Below are positions 12,661 to 26,271 of a stretch of 64,000 nucleotides of DNA, piece after piece; the stretch's first letter is position 1, and every line of letters begins with the position of its first letter. A program made the translations under genes and the position numbers. The notes beneath the pieces are model-generated. The model worked only from the letters and a program-made list of their open reading frames with translations. It was not told where the DNA came from and did no database searches. The stretch spans positions 77,190,001 through 77,254,000 of the forward strand of contig NW_026262581.1 of NCBI RefSeq assembly GCF_021869535.1. The letters run 5' to 3'. This DNA is from Mytilus californianus (Eukaryota).

Positions 12661-13460
12661 AAGATAAACAGTCAGTAATCTGGAAGTCAGAATTATCAAA
12701 TATAAACAGTCAGTAATCTGGTATACTCGGGATTATCAAATATAAACAGTCAGTAATCTGGTATACTCGGGATTATCAAAGATAAACAGTCAGTAATCTG
12801 GTATACTAGGGATTATCAAAGATAAACAGTCAGTAATCTGGTATACTAGGGATTATCAAAGATAAACAGTCAGTAATCTGGTATACTAGGGATTATCAAA
12901 GATAAACAGTCAGTAATCTGGTATACTAGGGATTATCAAAGATAAACAGTCAGTAATCTGGTATACTTGGGATTATCAAATATAAACAGTCAGTAATCTG
13001 GTATACTCGGGATTATCAAAGATAAACAGTCAGTAATCTGGTATAGTCAGAATTATCAAATATAAATAGTCAATTATCTGGAATAGTCAGATGTATTTAA
13101 GATAAACAGTCATTCATCTGTTTTAGTCAGTTTTATCAAAGTTAAACAGTTGGTAATCTTGTATAGTCACTTTTATCAAAGTTAATCAGTTGGTAATCTG
13201 GTATAGTAAGAATTATCTAACTTAAACAGTCAGTAATCTGGTATAGTCAGAATTATCAAATATAGAGAGTCAATTATCTGGAATAGTCAGATGTATTTAA
13301 GATAAACAGTCATTCATCTGTTATAGTCAGTTTTATCAAAGTTAAACAGTTGGTAATCTTGTATAGTCACTTTTATCAAAGTTAATCAGTTAGTAATCTG
13401 GTATGGTCAGAATTATCTAACTTAAACAGTCAGTTATATGGCATAGTCAGAATTATGCCA
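12661..13460. repeat. 40-bp minisatellite (~20 units) with a 200-bp higher-order duplication
   Basis: gataaacagtcagtaatctggtatactagggattatcaaa; 13021-13220 is repeated at 13221-13420. Confidence 0.95.
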
Positions 13461-14076
13461 AAGATAATGGCCACTTATCTTGCGTAGTTAGTTTTATAAA
13501 AGATTAATAGTCAAAACTATCAAGATAAAGGGTCAGTTATCTGGTATTGTCATAATAGTCACACATAACAGTCAGTTAATAACTACTAACGAAGCTAAGG
13601 AAAGTATTTCTTCTATAAGAAAATAAAGGTTGTCTCCCCTAAAGAATAGTCTATGTTTAATAGTCTGTTTTATTTATTTAAAACATAGGTCACTAAAAAA
13701 AAAATCCTGTGAAAAACCTTATAGAAGAATTTCATCATTTCTCATTATAACAAACATCAAACAATATCCAATAATAACACAATCTCTCATATAATTCAAT
13801 GCAAGGAGAAATTTCTGGCAGAATCACATAAGAATAAGAAAATTCTGACAGAAAAACTTTTTAAATATGCACTTATGCAAGTCATGCAAATTAATGTCCC
13901 AGATAATGGTTTCACCCAATAACCACAATTCTGCTTAAAGCAAGATGCACTAAATGAACAGTAAATTGCTCTTTTTAACTTGACTCTCTGTTTTAGAACT
14001 CATGCCTACTTAATCGCCATAACCAATCTTGATTACTAACTTTCTTTTTGGAATTTTGTTAATTAGGACTATATAC

Positions 14077-14241
14077 CTTCATTTGGACCATCTCCTTTTT
14101 TCTTGCCATTTTTCTTTTCTTTTTCTTTTTCCTTTTCTTCACCATGTGAGGCTCCCAATAGGGCAAAAATAATACCAGTTTGTGAGTTAATTCCAACAGC
14201 TGTGACCAACATTTTCCCACTTCCTTCCATGACATGGGTAC
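14077..14241 (-). CDS. PMCA: PMCA coding exon 5 (end of actuator domain, charged K/E loop preceding splice site A)
   Basis: gtgttgtcttaaag|GTACCCAT...AATGAAG|gtatat; [55 protein letters not shown]; 165 nt. Read-through past the donor hits TAG after two codons. Confidence 0.95.
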
Positions 14242-15113
14242 CTTTAAGACAACACAAACACATTTTTTGTAGAGAAAAGATTTTTAATTATGAAAAACCC
14301 AAGACCACCTCTAAATCATTGTTTTCTGAAACACTTTCCATGTCATTTGATAAACAAAATCCCTATGAGTCCCTCCATTTTAAATTCAATTTAATCTTAA
14401 TGATACAATTTAGCAAAAGATAGATTTTCTTCAAATATTTACATCTTACAATTTTCCCAATGACATTCAATTTCATTTAAGATTGGAAATTGTTTTATAT
14501 CATATAAAATGCCAGTGTATCAAATAAGTGTGAAAAGCAGTTATTTTTTCCCTTAAACGTTAATTTCTTCATTACTCTGTTGATAGAATAAGTGTTCCAT
14601 CGTAACTCTTGACATTTTCTGTTCGATGTACGGAGACCATTGATTTTCATCTAATGGTCAGTTATACATGGTAATATTGCCAACAATATTGATCTTATAT
14701 TTGATGTAAGAAAATATCTCAACACAAGATGGTTCAATACAACACACAACACATTCCTTTCTATTTGGTTCCATGTTTGTTCAAATTAAATTTCATGGTC
14801 ACAACTGTCATTGTCAAACCCTGATAATGAAAGTCTGATCCATACTGTTTTCTTTTATAGCGGCTTATGCTGCTATTTTTTTTTTTATAGCTGATATAAA
14901 AGCTATAGCTGCCTTTGAAAAGATGTCCACATTAATAGAATTAAATCTTCCTTCTAGGAATTAAAAAAAAATACAAACTTAAAACAGCTGAAGTTTAAAG
15001 ATTTCAGAAGGGACTTCTTTATATTTGAAATTTCATCCATCAATCTATAGTCCCTCATCTTTGTATTAAAAACCAAACTAAAACATAGTGTACTTTATTG
15101 TTACATTCTATAC

Positions 15114-15239
15114 CTGACAGCAAAATAGGACTTGTTGATTCTCCTTTCTTGACATGGTCTGATTCACCTGTTAATGAACTTTCATCTACCTTTAAATCGT
15201 TACTTTGTATAATTATACCATCTGCTGGTAAAAGATCAC
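15114..15239 (-). CDS. PMCA: PMCA coding exon 4 (actuator domain, TGES motif); absent from the ORF track
   Basis: tctattttcag|GTGATCTT...CTGTCAG|gtatag; [42 protein letters not shown]; 126 nt. Confidence 0.97.
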
Positions 15240-15809
15240 CTGAAAATAGAAATTAGTCAACCATGTCATATAGGTCAGCATATTGGTTTAATAAGAAAAT
15301 CTGTGCTCTATGTATATCTGCTTGACTGTTCGTGTTAGAACTTTGCCTATGGTTCTAAATAGTTGCTATGGCATTTTCAAATGTTTTTTCATTGCTCACA
15401 ATAAGTCCTCAAAACATGTTCATTGATGCAGATTAATTAGGATTGATAACATCATTCAAGAGATTGCTTATTAACTAGCCAAGCAAGAAATATTGACTTT
15501 TGTCAATCCTTGACATAAGTTTATTAACTAGAAATATTTCCAGGAACCATCAACATTTAAGAAATAGAATAATTTTGAATATCTATTACAGTGCAAGTAC
15601 TTTATTTCATTTCTATATATATATATATTGTGCTGATATTTAGTGTAATTATATATATATATATATATAGTGCCTAGAAAATCAACTTAACAATGTAAGA
15701 GTAGATCTGAACATTTTGAGACATTAAGAATGACCTTGGGTAAACTTTTCTGCAAAAAGTTTTTTTTTCATACATTGTCGAAATAAAGTTTAAATAATGC
15801 TTTAAGAAA

Positions 15810-15978
15810 TAAAAGACAAAACATTGTATTCAACCCTCCTTGTTTTTAAGAAAAAGACAAAACATTGTATTCAACCCTCCTTGTTTTTAAGAAAAAGACA
15901 AAACATTGTATTCAACCCTCCTTGTTTTTAAGAAAAAGACAAAACATTGTATTCAACCCTCCTTGTTTTTAAGAAAAA
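15810..15978. repeat. 41-bp tandem repeat x4, near-perfect
   Basis: acattgtattcaaccctccttgtttttaagaaaaagacaaa at 15821, 15862, 15903 and 15944. Confidence 0.95.
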
Positions 15979-17418
15979 AGAAAGCATATTAAGAATTTGC
16001 AAATCTTATCTGAATAAAAAAAACTTGAGTTTATTCATAATCTCAAATCAGAAAAAAAAAAGATTTCATTTTCCTGTTTAACTACATGCAGTCCATATTT
16101 CATATTAGTATTCTGATATTTCAAATGTCGAGTACATCATGTTGTACATTTTGCACCACATTTCAACATCAAAAGGAACTGACTGCATATGTATGGAATG
16201 TAGAAAAGTCAATATTGGATAAATCTGTTATTACTATCAAAGTGAACATATCTGATACAAATGGTCTTCATCTTGGCACCAGATCAGGAGATACAACCTT
16301 ACTTCAACTTAATACTGAAAGAACATCTTCATTTTCTCTTCATTGCTTGCATCAATGAAAATAAGTAACTATCAATAAAGTAAACAACCAGTAACCACCT
16401 GATATAATGCTGTGTAAAGCTTTGTCAACTTGAAGCTTACAGTAGTGTAAATTAGGGTTGTGTCATTTTCAACTTATCTGTCTTTTATAAAGAATGTGTG
16501 TTTCAGGTTTTGCGTAATTTTGACCTCTGCAAAAATTATACAACACAAGGCATGATTTCTAATGATTTTAACAGGTCCATGTTTCTTGACAGTAAGATGT
16601 TTGGTTTGTACCCAAAAAACTAGAACTGCTTTATAGAGTGTGAAGTGTGTGTAGTTATATATGTGTGCAGACAATGGTTTGTTACACCAGATATCTCATT
16701 ATCAGAATGATATTTTTAAAACAGTATCAGGAACTTATCAGGAAATCAAATTAGCTAATAGAACTGTTTTTTTTTTGCAACAGTTTAACATGTGGAGTAA
16801 GAACATTATAAAAAGATAGTGTAAAATTTTGGATGAAGACAAAACCAGAAAGTAAACTCATCACAGATACAAGGATTCAAATTTTGTACACCAGATGTGC
16901 ATTTCGTCTCCAAAAAGAACAACGCTCCAATAAAAAAAAGCCAAATAAAATGGTTATCATACCAATAAAGTGAGATTTTACCTGACCCTACGTTAGAGTT
17001 TTACTTCTTGATTGTCCACTGAAATTTTGTTCTGACCAATAAATAATATTGTCAACTGGACCAAATATTCAGTGAACCATCCAGCACCATTACCATATCT
17101 GAGATTTATGTTGATGACCCGGAGACAGTAACATTGACTGACAATGTATTTAGAAAGTTCTAATGTCAATGGAGATTCAATTAGATGTTGTAGAAAATTT
17201 GATTTGCTATTGTATAAAACTCTGCTTGCCACAAACTCCAATCCAATAAATATTGACAGACTTCAGCTTGGTCTGAATCGATCACAAACTGTTTACAATA
17301 ATGGCTCTAATGATTTAATCTACAACTCTGTGATGTTAATGTTCAAAAATTTCTAAAGATCAAATCTAAAAAAAAAAAAACTAAAACATTTTAATACATT
17401 TTCCCAACAAAACATCAT

Positions 17419-18798
17419 AAACAAGAGGCTCTCAAGAGCCTGAATGGCTCACCTGTAATTTTTTGCTTAAATCTTTCATCAATGATTATTTTTGCTTTTC
17501 AATATATCTTAATGAGTGGCTTAAAGATGTCATTTAAATGTTCTTTGTATCTGACATATTTTCTTCAAAAGCAAAAAAATGCATTTTACCCCTATGTTCC
17601 ATTTTAGCCATAGTGGCTATGTTTCTTGACGTACAAGGAAATAAAATACAAAATTTATACTAGATACTCTGAAACTCATTCAGCCCAAGTTTGGCTGAAA
17701 TTGATTTAGCAGTTTTAAAGGAGAAGATTTTTTTAAAGTAAGCAAACTAGATGAACAAATTGTGAAAAATTGTCTTTAAAGGACAATAACTCCTTAAGGG
17801 GTCAATTGACAATTTTGGTCATCTCAAACTTATTTGTAGATCTTACTTTGCTGAACATTTTTGCTGTTTACAGTTTATCTTTATCTATAATAATATTCAA
17901 GATAATAACCGAAAACTGCAAAATTTCCTTAAAATCATCAATTGAGGCAATAACCTAAAAACCAGATACCCAATTTGGCTGAAAATAACAGGGCAGGTAG
18001 ACCTTGACCTAATGAATACTTTAACTTCTTGTTTGATTTGCTCTAAATGCTTTAGTTTTTGAGATATGTCAAAAACTGCATTTTACCGTATGTTCTATTT
18101 TTAGCCATGGCGGCCATGTTTTCTGAGGAAACAGAAAATAAAACACAAACTTTATTCTAGATAACCTAAGAATCATTCAGCTTAAGTTTGGTTTAATTTG
18201 GTTCAGTAGTTTCAGAGGAGAAGATTTTTTAAAGTTAGAAAACATGATAAACAAATTGTGTAAAATTGTCCTTAAAGGGCAATTACTCCTTAAAGGGTCA
18301 ATTGACAATTTTGGTCATATACACTCATTTGTAGATCTTACTTTGCTGAACATTTTTGCTGTTTACAGTTCATCTTTATCTATAATAATATTCAAGATAA
18401 AAACCAAAAACTGCAAAATTTCCTTAAAATTACCAATTTAGTGGCAGCAACCCAACAATGGGTTGTTAGATTCATCTGAAAATTTCAGGGCTGATAGAAC
18501 TTGACCTAATATACATTTTTACCGCATATCAGATTCGCTCTAAATGCTTTAGTTTTTGAGATATAAGCCAAAAACTGCATTTTAATCGTATGTTCTGTTT
18601 TTAGCCATGGCGGCCATGTTTTTTGATGAAACAGAAAATAAAACACAAACTTTATTCTAGATACCCTAAGGATCATTCAGCTTAATTTTGGTTGGAATTG
18701 GTTCATTAGTTTCAGAGGAGAAGATGTTTGAAATAGTTTACACCGGACGGACGATGACGGACACCAAGTGATGGCAAAAGGGAAAGGTGAGCTAAAAA
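17419..18798 (+). mobile_element. HINE family B
   Basis: Starts aacaagaggctctcaagagcc with GCTCACC; ends ggacggacgatgacggac...GGTGAGCtaaaaa (inverted subterminal pair); internal ~500-bp duplicated units. Confidence 0.8.
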
Positions 18799-19020
18799 GG
18801 TGACACTTATGTACTGAAGATATATAAGACATGTGACAACTATTCCGAGACAATATCTCACAGAAAAATATGTAAGTTTTACATAAGACACTATCTTATA
18901 ACAGCTATTGAAAAGAGGGGTATGTTCTATGATACAATATTTAATGCCAGGTATGGGATAAAAGCATTACAGGTAAGGTCTAATAAAACATACCATATGA
19001 ATGTATGATAAATATCTTGT

Positions 19021-19190
19021 GAATGTAAGATACAAGATACCAAGGAATATAAGATACACTTTCTCATACAAGATACCAGAGGAATGTAAGATACATTTAC
19101 TCATACAAGATACCAGAGGAATGCAAGATACATTTACTCATACAAGATACCAGAGGAATGTAAGATACATTTTCTCATACAAGATACATA
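19021..19190. repeat. 36-37-bp tandem repeat x5
   Basis: tacaagatac at 19031, 19067, 19104, 19141 and 19178. Confidence 0.9.
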
Positions 19191-19194
19191 ATAA

Positions 19195-19442
19195 ATTGGT
19201 TGGTGTTTAATGCCACTTACAGAACTATTGGCTATTTCTTGGCTGTCAATGTTTATTGGTGGAGGATGCCTGAGAGCCTGGAGAGAACTATGACCTTCTA
19301 CAGAAAAACTGACAATCCTTTTCAATTAAAATTGAAGTAGAACATACCTGCACTGTGTGGGGTTCGAAACTCATAACCTCAGTTTTGACAGGATAGTGAC
19401 ACAGTAGCTGAACTAATAAGACAACTCGGCCACCAAGGCCCC
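19195..19442 (-). mobile_element. tRNA-derived SINE with a V-domain-like core (BivaV-like), degenerate
   Basis: Minus strand begins ggggccttggtggccgagttgtc (A-box-like), then gagtttcgaaccc (B-box-like), then ...ctccaggctctcaggcatcctccaccaataaac resembling the V-SINE core. A second degenerate copy follows at ~19520-19690. Confidence 0.6.
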
Positions 19443-21395
19443 CATATAAGATACACTCTCTCAAAAATATATAAAGAACGATAGAAATTGAAACGGTAGC
19501 TCATTCAAATAAAAAGCTTTCGGCACAATTGGCTATATCATGGCGTCCAGTTTTTGTTTGAGGATGAAGCCAGAGTATATGGATTGAACTGCCTACCTTC
19601 TGCAGGAAAACTGGCAATCTTCATCAATAAAAATCAAATGCACCTTGCCATGAGCAGGGCTTCCAACTCACAATCTCAGTGTTAAGGTATGGGTTAGTAG
19701 GAAAAATACAAACATTATAATGTTCACTAAATCTACTTAACCGGGATTGTGGTCTGAGAAGCATCTATTCAACAAATTATAAAACTCCTAATTGCCATGG
19801 CAACATATCAACAAGCATACAGACTAAGTTTCCAAGAAACTGTTTTATTTTGTATACTGGGTGACAAAATACTGAAAGCTGATGCCAAGATTTGACTTCT
19901 CTCAACAGAATTCCTGCAGGATGTTTATTAATGTCGATCAATATTAATAAAGATGTATACGAATGCCAAATCGCAATATAATTATGTAAAACATTGTATC
20001 AATACATAAAAACAATATGTCCTAAACCTCTAGGGAAAAGTTATGTAAAAATTCTGATTCTAAAGGAATATTATACAGATAATGTTTAATTTCTCTCACA
20101 AGATGGTCACTAAGTCATTAATCTGAAGATTTCTCTAAGTAACAAATGGTCAAGCACGATTTTCTTCCACGGTGACAGATCAGATAAATGATGATAATAC
20201 ATTGGTATTGATTCAGTGATGAAGTAGAATGGACAATTGTGTAGAATTCTTATTTACATACTATTTCCTCTGATCTGAACAATACCAATAACCATATACA
20301 TTGAAGCAGGAGTTTTTTTTGTAACAAACAAGAAAATGCCATAGACTGTTCATACAGATCACTGTATAACTATTAGAAAAAGGTTTTTTTTTATTAGGCA
20401 AAACAAATACTGGAGGGAAAATGTACAGATATTGTAAACCAGATTGTTCAAATTGAGCTCATATAAACAAATAGCAAATATTTCAAAACATGGTTAACTC
20501 TCAATTTTAATAACTGAAATCTTAGAATTTAAAATAACAATTCTTTCAATTTGCAAAATTTACTGGGCAGAAATTTTTTTAGCCAACATAATTGGGAGAT
20601 TTTCTTTGAAGAATCTCTTAACATTACCCATACAATTACAGTGAAATCATCTCTAATAAAGCTTTACCACAACAAATATTCATATGAGCCAAATCAAGTT
20701 GTCTGAAATAAATTAAACTAATCTGATATTTTTTTTAAGACATTGAAGGACATTATGACTTCTGATTCAAAAACTACAAAATAAAGGAAAAACTGACTAT
20801 AAAATTGTAGCAAAATTGTGAATCAGATTAATTTCAGTAATCCCTTATTACCATGCAAATCAATGATCACATCTATTCTTAATTAAGTATTGTTTTCTCT
20901 ACTGCTAGTATTGTCTCCTCACAGATCAATGACTTTACTAAATCTTTTTAAAGCACTATCGATCAAAAGAGCTCTGTTTCATCTATAATTTGTTCTGACT
21001 AATCCGTCAAAGGGCAGTAGATATGACAAGCAATTTTCCTCTATCAAATCAATTACAAAGCATGGACTGTTCATTTACTTTTTGTGGTATACTTATTAAA
21101 GTTAATTAACCCTCAAATATTTTAAAATTTCATAGTTTTCGGAATTGCACAAGATCATGCTTTCTCTGACTGTTTATGACATCTTTACACTAAACCCAAT
21201 GGATGTGTACTGATTGATATTTTAGTCTAGATAAAAGATTTATTTATTAGGTGGCATTGGCTTTGACCTAGCTTTCAGTAACTGCACGTAGTATCAGATC
21301 TGTAATTTTGTTAGCTGTTTTTGCATGTTTTGAGTCAATCTGATGAGTAAATATAAAAAAGAAGATGTGGTATGAAAGTCTTTTTCAACTGATTA

Positions 21396-21602
21396 CTGTG
21401 GATTCATTAATATTCGTTGGATACCAATTTTCGTGGATTTCGTGGGTACAGGGGAACCACGAATTTAAATGTTCAATGAATTACAAATTTCCTAAATGAA
21501 ATATGCAGACTTTGCCGAAACCACGAAATTAAATATCCACGAAAATGCAAGTTTTCTTCAATCCACGAAAATTGGTATCCACGAAAATAAATGAATCCAC
21601 AG
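21396..21602. mobile_element. MITE with TA target duplication (Tc1/mariner-type)
   Basis: TA|CTGTGGATTCATT ... AATGAATCCACAG|TA; second copy at 38582-38788. Confidence 0.85.
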
Positions 21603-22362
21603 TAATACAGTTTTATCTTCTGTTGTGCTGTAACACCAAAGTCCCAGGTCAGTATGTCATTTATTAAGTAAGATGGAATCTATCTCTGATCAGCTTGATA
21701 GGCATGGCAAACATGAGACTTAGAAAATAAAATATTGACAAAACTCAGCTTATAAAAATTCAGTTGTCATGTGAAGAACAAAGATTTTCACAGATACAAT
21801 TATATTTTGTCCTCTTGCATAACACAATTTCCAAAACAGGATGCTAAGATTTCATTTGTTACTAACCGTCACATTAAAGTAACAAAAATAAAAAAATATA
21901 AACATATTTGAGTATAGGAAGACTAACTTATCGATTTTTTAGACACATATTGAGTTCTCAGATATAACATGTACATCCTGTGGTATTGAAAATCAAAAAG
22001 GTAAATCAATCTGTTTTTATAACACCAGAAACTGTGCATTCAGTTCAGTGACTGGAAACTATATGCTGTACAGGCCTTTGACATTTTCAATGGTTAAGAT
22101 GGTAAAAATTTGAGCAACATCAAATCAGATTTAATATTACAATTAACAGACCCCATTAGACATGTAAAAACTAAACTATATATCACTGATTAGGGTAAAT
22201 CATGGTTTCCAAAAAAGATTTTGGCCAAGGACACTTAGGAGTAGTGTTATTCTATTTATAATATTTCTACAAAAAATCCATGGCCATAAAATCAACTTAG
22301 TAAAACCATAGAAAAAAAATGTTCAAATGATACTGATGATAATTTTTTTTTTAAAGCTATGA

Positions 22363-23213
22363 AAATAAATTCGGGATGTCTCCATTGGACACAGATGATG
22401 CGCCCGCTTACATATAACTTTATAAAGAGACATAACTAAAGAACTGTAAAAGTGACGCTACCCAAATTTGTACTTGATCTGAGTTTTGTTGTAATAAGCA
22501 TTGTTTATAAGTTTCATAACATTTAGTTGAGGCAAACTAATGAAAGAGAACGGAAACCAATTTGGGACGTACAGACAGATGGACAGACGTACAGATGGAA
22601 GGGTAAAAATTAATGCCCCAAAGAAGCATTCAATTCTTATGTTACATTTTTATGCCAGATTTTTCATTTTTTAAAGGGGCATAACTCTAGAAGAGTAAAA
22701 GTGACGCCACCAAAATTCGAACTTGATCTGTGTTTTGTGGTAATTAGCATTGTGTATTAGTTTCATAACATTTGGTTGAGGCAAACTAAAGTTAGAGAAC
22801 AGAAACGAATATTTCAGCAATTTTTCCATTTGTAAAGGGGCATAACTCTAGAACAGTAAAAGTGACGCCACCAAATTCAAACTTGATCTGTATTTTGTGA
22901 TTATAAGCATTGTGTATAAGTTTCATAACATTTGGTTGAGGCAAACTAAAGTTAGAGAACAGAAACGAATATTTCAGCAATTTTTCCATTTGTAAAGGGG
23001 CATAACTCCAGAACAGTAAAAGTGACGCCACCAAATTCGAACTTGATCTGTGTTTTGTGGCAATAGGCATTGTGTATAAGTTTCATAACATTTGGTTGAG
23101 GCAAACTTAAGTTAGAGAATGGAAACCAATTTTGGGACGTACGGATGGACGTATGTACAGACAGACAAGGGTAAAACTTAATGCCCCCTTCGCTACGGCG
23201 GGAGCATAAAAAA
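22363..23213 (+). mobile_element. HINE family C with ~160-bp tandem units (BIV160/pearl-like length class)
   Basis: Unit anchor aaggggcataactc at 22674, 22835 and 22995; 5' gatgcgcccgc versus 3' gcgggagcat; ggac/gaca microsatellite and a terminal hairpin. Confidence 0.8.
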
Positions 23214-24703
23214 TCTTTTTTGAAATAAATATACCCTGATGTTAAGAGAAGAGAAAAGCAGTGTTCCAAACATGAAATCTGACAACTTGTCAATCAATAT
23301 TATATAACTCAGTAGTTTAAATGTCTTCATTTATCCAGCACAGGACTTACAGGATGCCTCAACACACCCACACACAATGACAAATAATTCAACAATCTGA
23401 AAATCGCAAAGATTTTTTTATTTTCAGAAATGAAAATACAAATAAGATTATTGATTCTCCAATTCAATGAAAAAATCTAAATGTCAAACGTTTTTGATTC
23501 CTGACAAACAAACATCATGAACATAGTGACAGGAGTATGACATTTAGATACAATATCCTGATCCATTATTAGACAGAATGTCATTGGTATGAACAGATAA
23601 AAAGAGGTCACAATTACGGCATACTCTGTTATTGGAACTATGTAATGCTGCTCATTGTCACTGGGAGAAGACTTCATAAATTCCACTGTTTGTTGTGTCT
23701 GATCCTATTTGTGATTTTTTAGCATATTAAATGATCATAAATAAAATTGAGATATACTGTCAACTATTGATCACTAATGATACTCCTACTACAATCATTT
23801 AGTTATCTGCAAGTTAACGAGCAATAGATGTGAAAATGGATATAGCATGCTCAAATGAAGCTTCATACCAAGTTTTAAGAAGCTCCGATTTGTAGTTCCC
23901 AATGAAAATTTCATACATTACAATCATGTGTTAGAATATAGAATTCGGTAAACAGGAAGCTAATGACCAAATGATGTGAAAAGACATTTAACAGTATATA
24001 TATGGTATATATGTGTTTGATTCAATTGCAGTAGGTTTAGGCTTTGTCTGCTTGGAGACAGAATGTGTATGGGTAGGGCGCTATGTCTTCCTGCAGACTG
24101 TATCCTTGTTAACAAGCACGTTAATCGTTCCTGATGAGCTTGTTGGTCTAGTAAAAAGCAGAGTTCATGTATACATATCAAATCATTTTCTCTTCCTGAT
24201 ATGCATGAAACATTTGCCACTGTACATTAAACATCGATCCTTCTAATTATTTAAGTTCATTGATGTATAAAAGATGTATACCCCAAATCTCCCTTTATTC
24301 ATAGTTTGTGTTATTATGTCAAGGATTTGTAAGCAGCAAATGATTTTTGTCAGAAAGCTAAAATAAATGATGAGATAATGATATTTTGATATGTGGGGAG
24401 TAATTTGTCATTTTTTGATTAGTTTACCAGCTTTACTCATTCATTTTATTATCTGTCCAACTTTTCCAAATACTATTCCCAAATGAACATTAATCTTGTA
24501 TTCAATTTCATTTAAAAATTATTGTCTGTACAATTCATTCCAATGGTGTGTGTATTGTATCATGACTTAATCCTGACAATCTATACATGTCTATTAATAA
24601 CTATTTGATAAATAGACATTTCTACCATGCTATTTACATTACAATTAAGCACTATATTTGCTACTTGTTTGCATTCTCTGTAAGGTCAAATATTACAACA
24701 GTA

Positions 24704-25115
24704 ATAAAAGAACAGAGTTCCAATGTCCCCAGCATTGCACATATTTTATATTTGGAAGGGGCATAACTCTTTTAAAAAAAGTCAATCAGCCCACCATTAT
24801 AAAACTTGTCCGAGATATTGCTGATATTAACCTATAGTATAAGTTTTATATAAATCTGGCAAGTATTGTACCCGTGAGAGCGCTAACGAGGCCATTTTCC
24901 ATAAATTTAATATTTCCAAGGGGCATAACTCTTTTAGAAAAGTTGATCGGCCCACCATTAGAGAGCTTGTCCCTGATATTGCTGATATTAACCTATAGTA
25001 TAAGTTTTATAAAAATCTGGCAAGAATTGTACCTGTGAGAGCACTAACAAGACCAGATGGACGGACGCCCGGTATTTCCATTGTCCCCAGCAATGCCTTA
25101 CGCGGGGGACAAAAA
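24704..25115 (+). mobile_element. HINE family D
   Basis: 5' tgtccccagca; 3' hairpin ttgtccccagcaatgccttacgcgggggacaa after ggacggacg; two ~160-bp units. Confidence 0.75.
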
Positions 25116-25897
25116 TCTTATAAGCTCTGTGGGAGGGGTTGAAAAATGCACTCCATATCTAAACTTAACAAAAAGTTTCTAGAAGTATTAACCTATATCT
25201 AGGTCAATGGATCATCAAATGTATCTCAGTGACCTACTTTTTGAAGGAGGTTGATAAAACTTTGTGGACGGTTCATTCCATCTTTATATTATTGTAAGTC
25301 AGTATCTGAGAACGGAACTAAATTTGTAACTTACAAAAATGCACATGGACGCCTTTGATAAGTTAACATCCTAAAATTGTTGAGGCAGACTATAAATGAT
25401 CTATTTTACTGTATTATCAAGTATTTCCATGTATAATATAATTATCTCTGAATATTTTGTCCTTAAATCATAGTTTACTCCAAGCATTGACATTTTTTCC
25501 TTAATTACTGATGTTAATACATAAAAACAAAATAAATAGAACTCCAATTATTTAAATTTCAAGCCATTATAAAGCAGAATTGAACATGACTCGAGTAACA
25601 ATAAAAAATGATTGATCCATCTCATTTTGACTATCAAGATATATGTCAAGTCTAACAAAAACACACACATTCAATTGAGAAGGCAGAAGTAAAACCATTT
25701 ATATTTGAACCGATTTTTTCATTTTGTCTGTAGCAAATAGAACAGCAGAGGGATTTCTGTATGTCCATTGCTTCACTGCAACTACGTAAGACAAATTAAT
25801 TCATATAAACTTCCTACAGTTAACAGAACATTTCAATGTACCAAATACTATATATAAATTTCCTACAGTATATCAAAGTTTTATTGTAGATACATAC

Positions 25898-26128
25898 CAT
25901 ATTTTACTTGACAAATATCTCCTACTACTAAATCTCCTACAGGAATATGCATATCTTTGCTTCCACGAATCACAGAAAATTGATGTTCATGTTCTATTTT
26001 ACTTTGCAGTCCACGGAATTGTTGTTCTTTTCTATAGTCATTGAATGCTGTTACTAATACTACAACTATAACGGCTCCTAAAATTGCTACTCCTTCTATC
26101 CATCCTGCCTCTTGTTCTGAATCACCCC
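25898..26128 (-). CDS. PMCA: PMCA coding exon 3 (TM2 and start of actuator domain); absent from the supplied ORF track
   Basis: aattaattttag|GGGGTGAT...AAATATG|gtatgt; [77 protein letters not shown]; 231 nt. Confidence 0.97.
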
Positions 26129-26271
26129 CTAAAATTAATTAAAAGTAGGTATACACTTGTCATACCTGACATCAAATAATTGTCATAAATTGTGCAATAA
26201 TAAGGGCCTTATATCTGCCATTTTAATTATGGGCTGCACAACATCAAGGGGCAAATTTTTCTTAAGAATGA

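Noticed and set aside
12661-13460. Regular 40-bp repeats (and the 41-, 43- and 50-bp arrays) as CRISPR arrays
   Set aside because: Units are head-to-tail with no unique spacers, there are no cas genes, and the context is a eukaryotic intron.
16086-16358. 90-aa plus-strand ORF
   Set aside because: No recognisable motif or splice context; it may be decayed retroelement sequence, which I cannot support.
16993-17356. ORF containing GAGW, superficially like the PMCA AGWIEG exon
   Set aside because: The true AGWIEG exon is at 25898-26128; the rest of this ORF has no PMCA similarity and no matching splice sites.
19800-21200. Possible decayed LINE RT (GHIVFMY and DFTKSF-like traces)
   Set aside because: Similarity is too fragmentary to call by eye; a profile search against RT HMMs would be needed.
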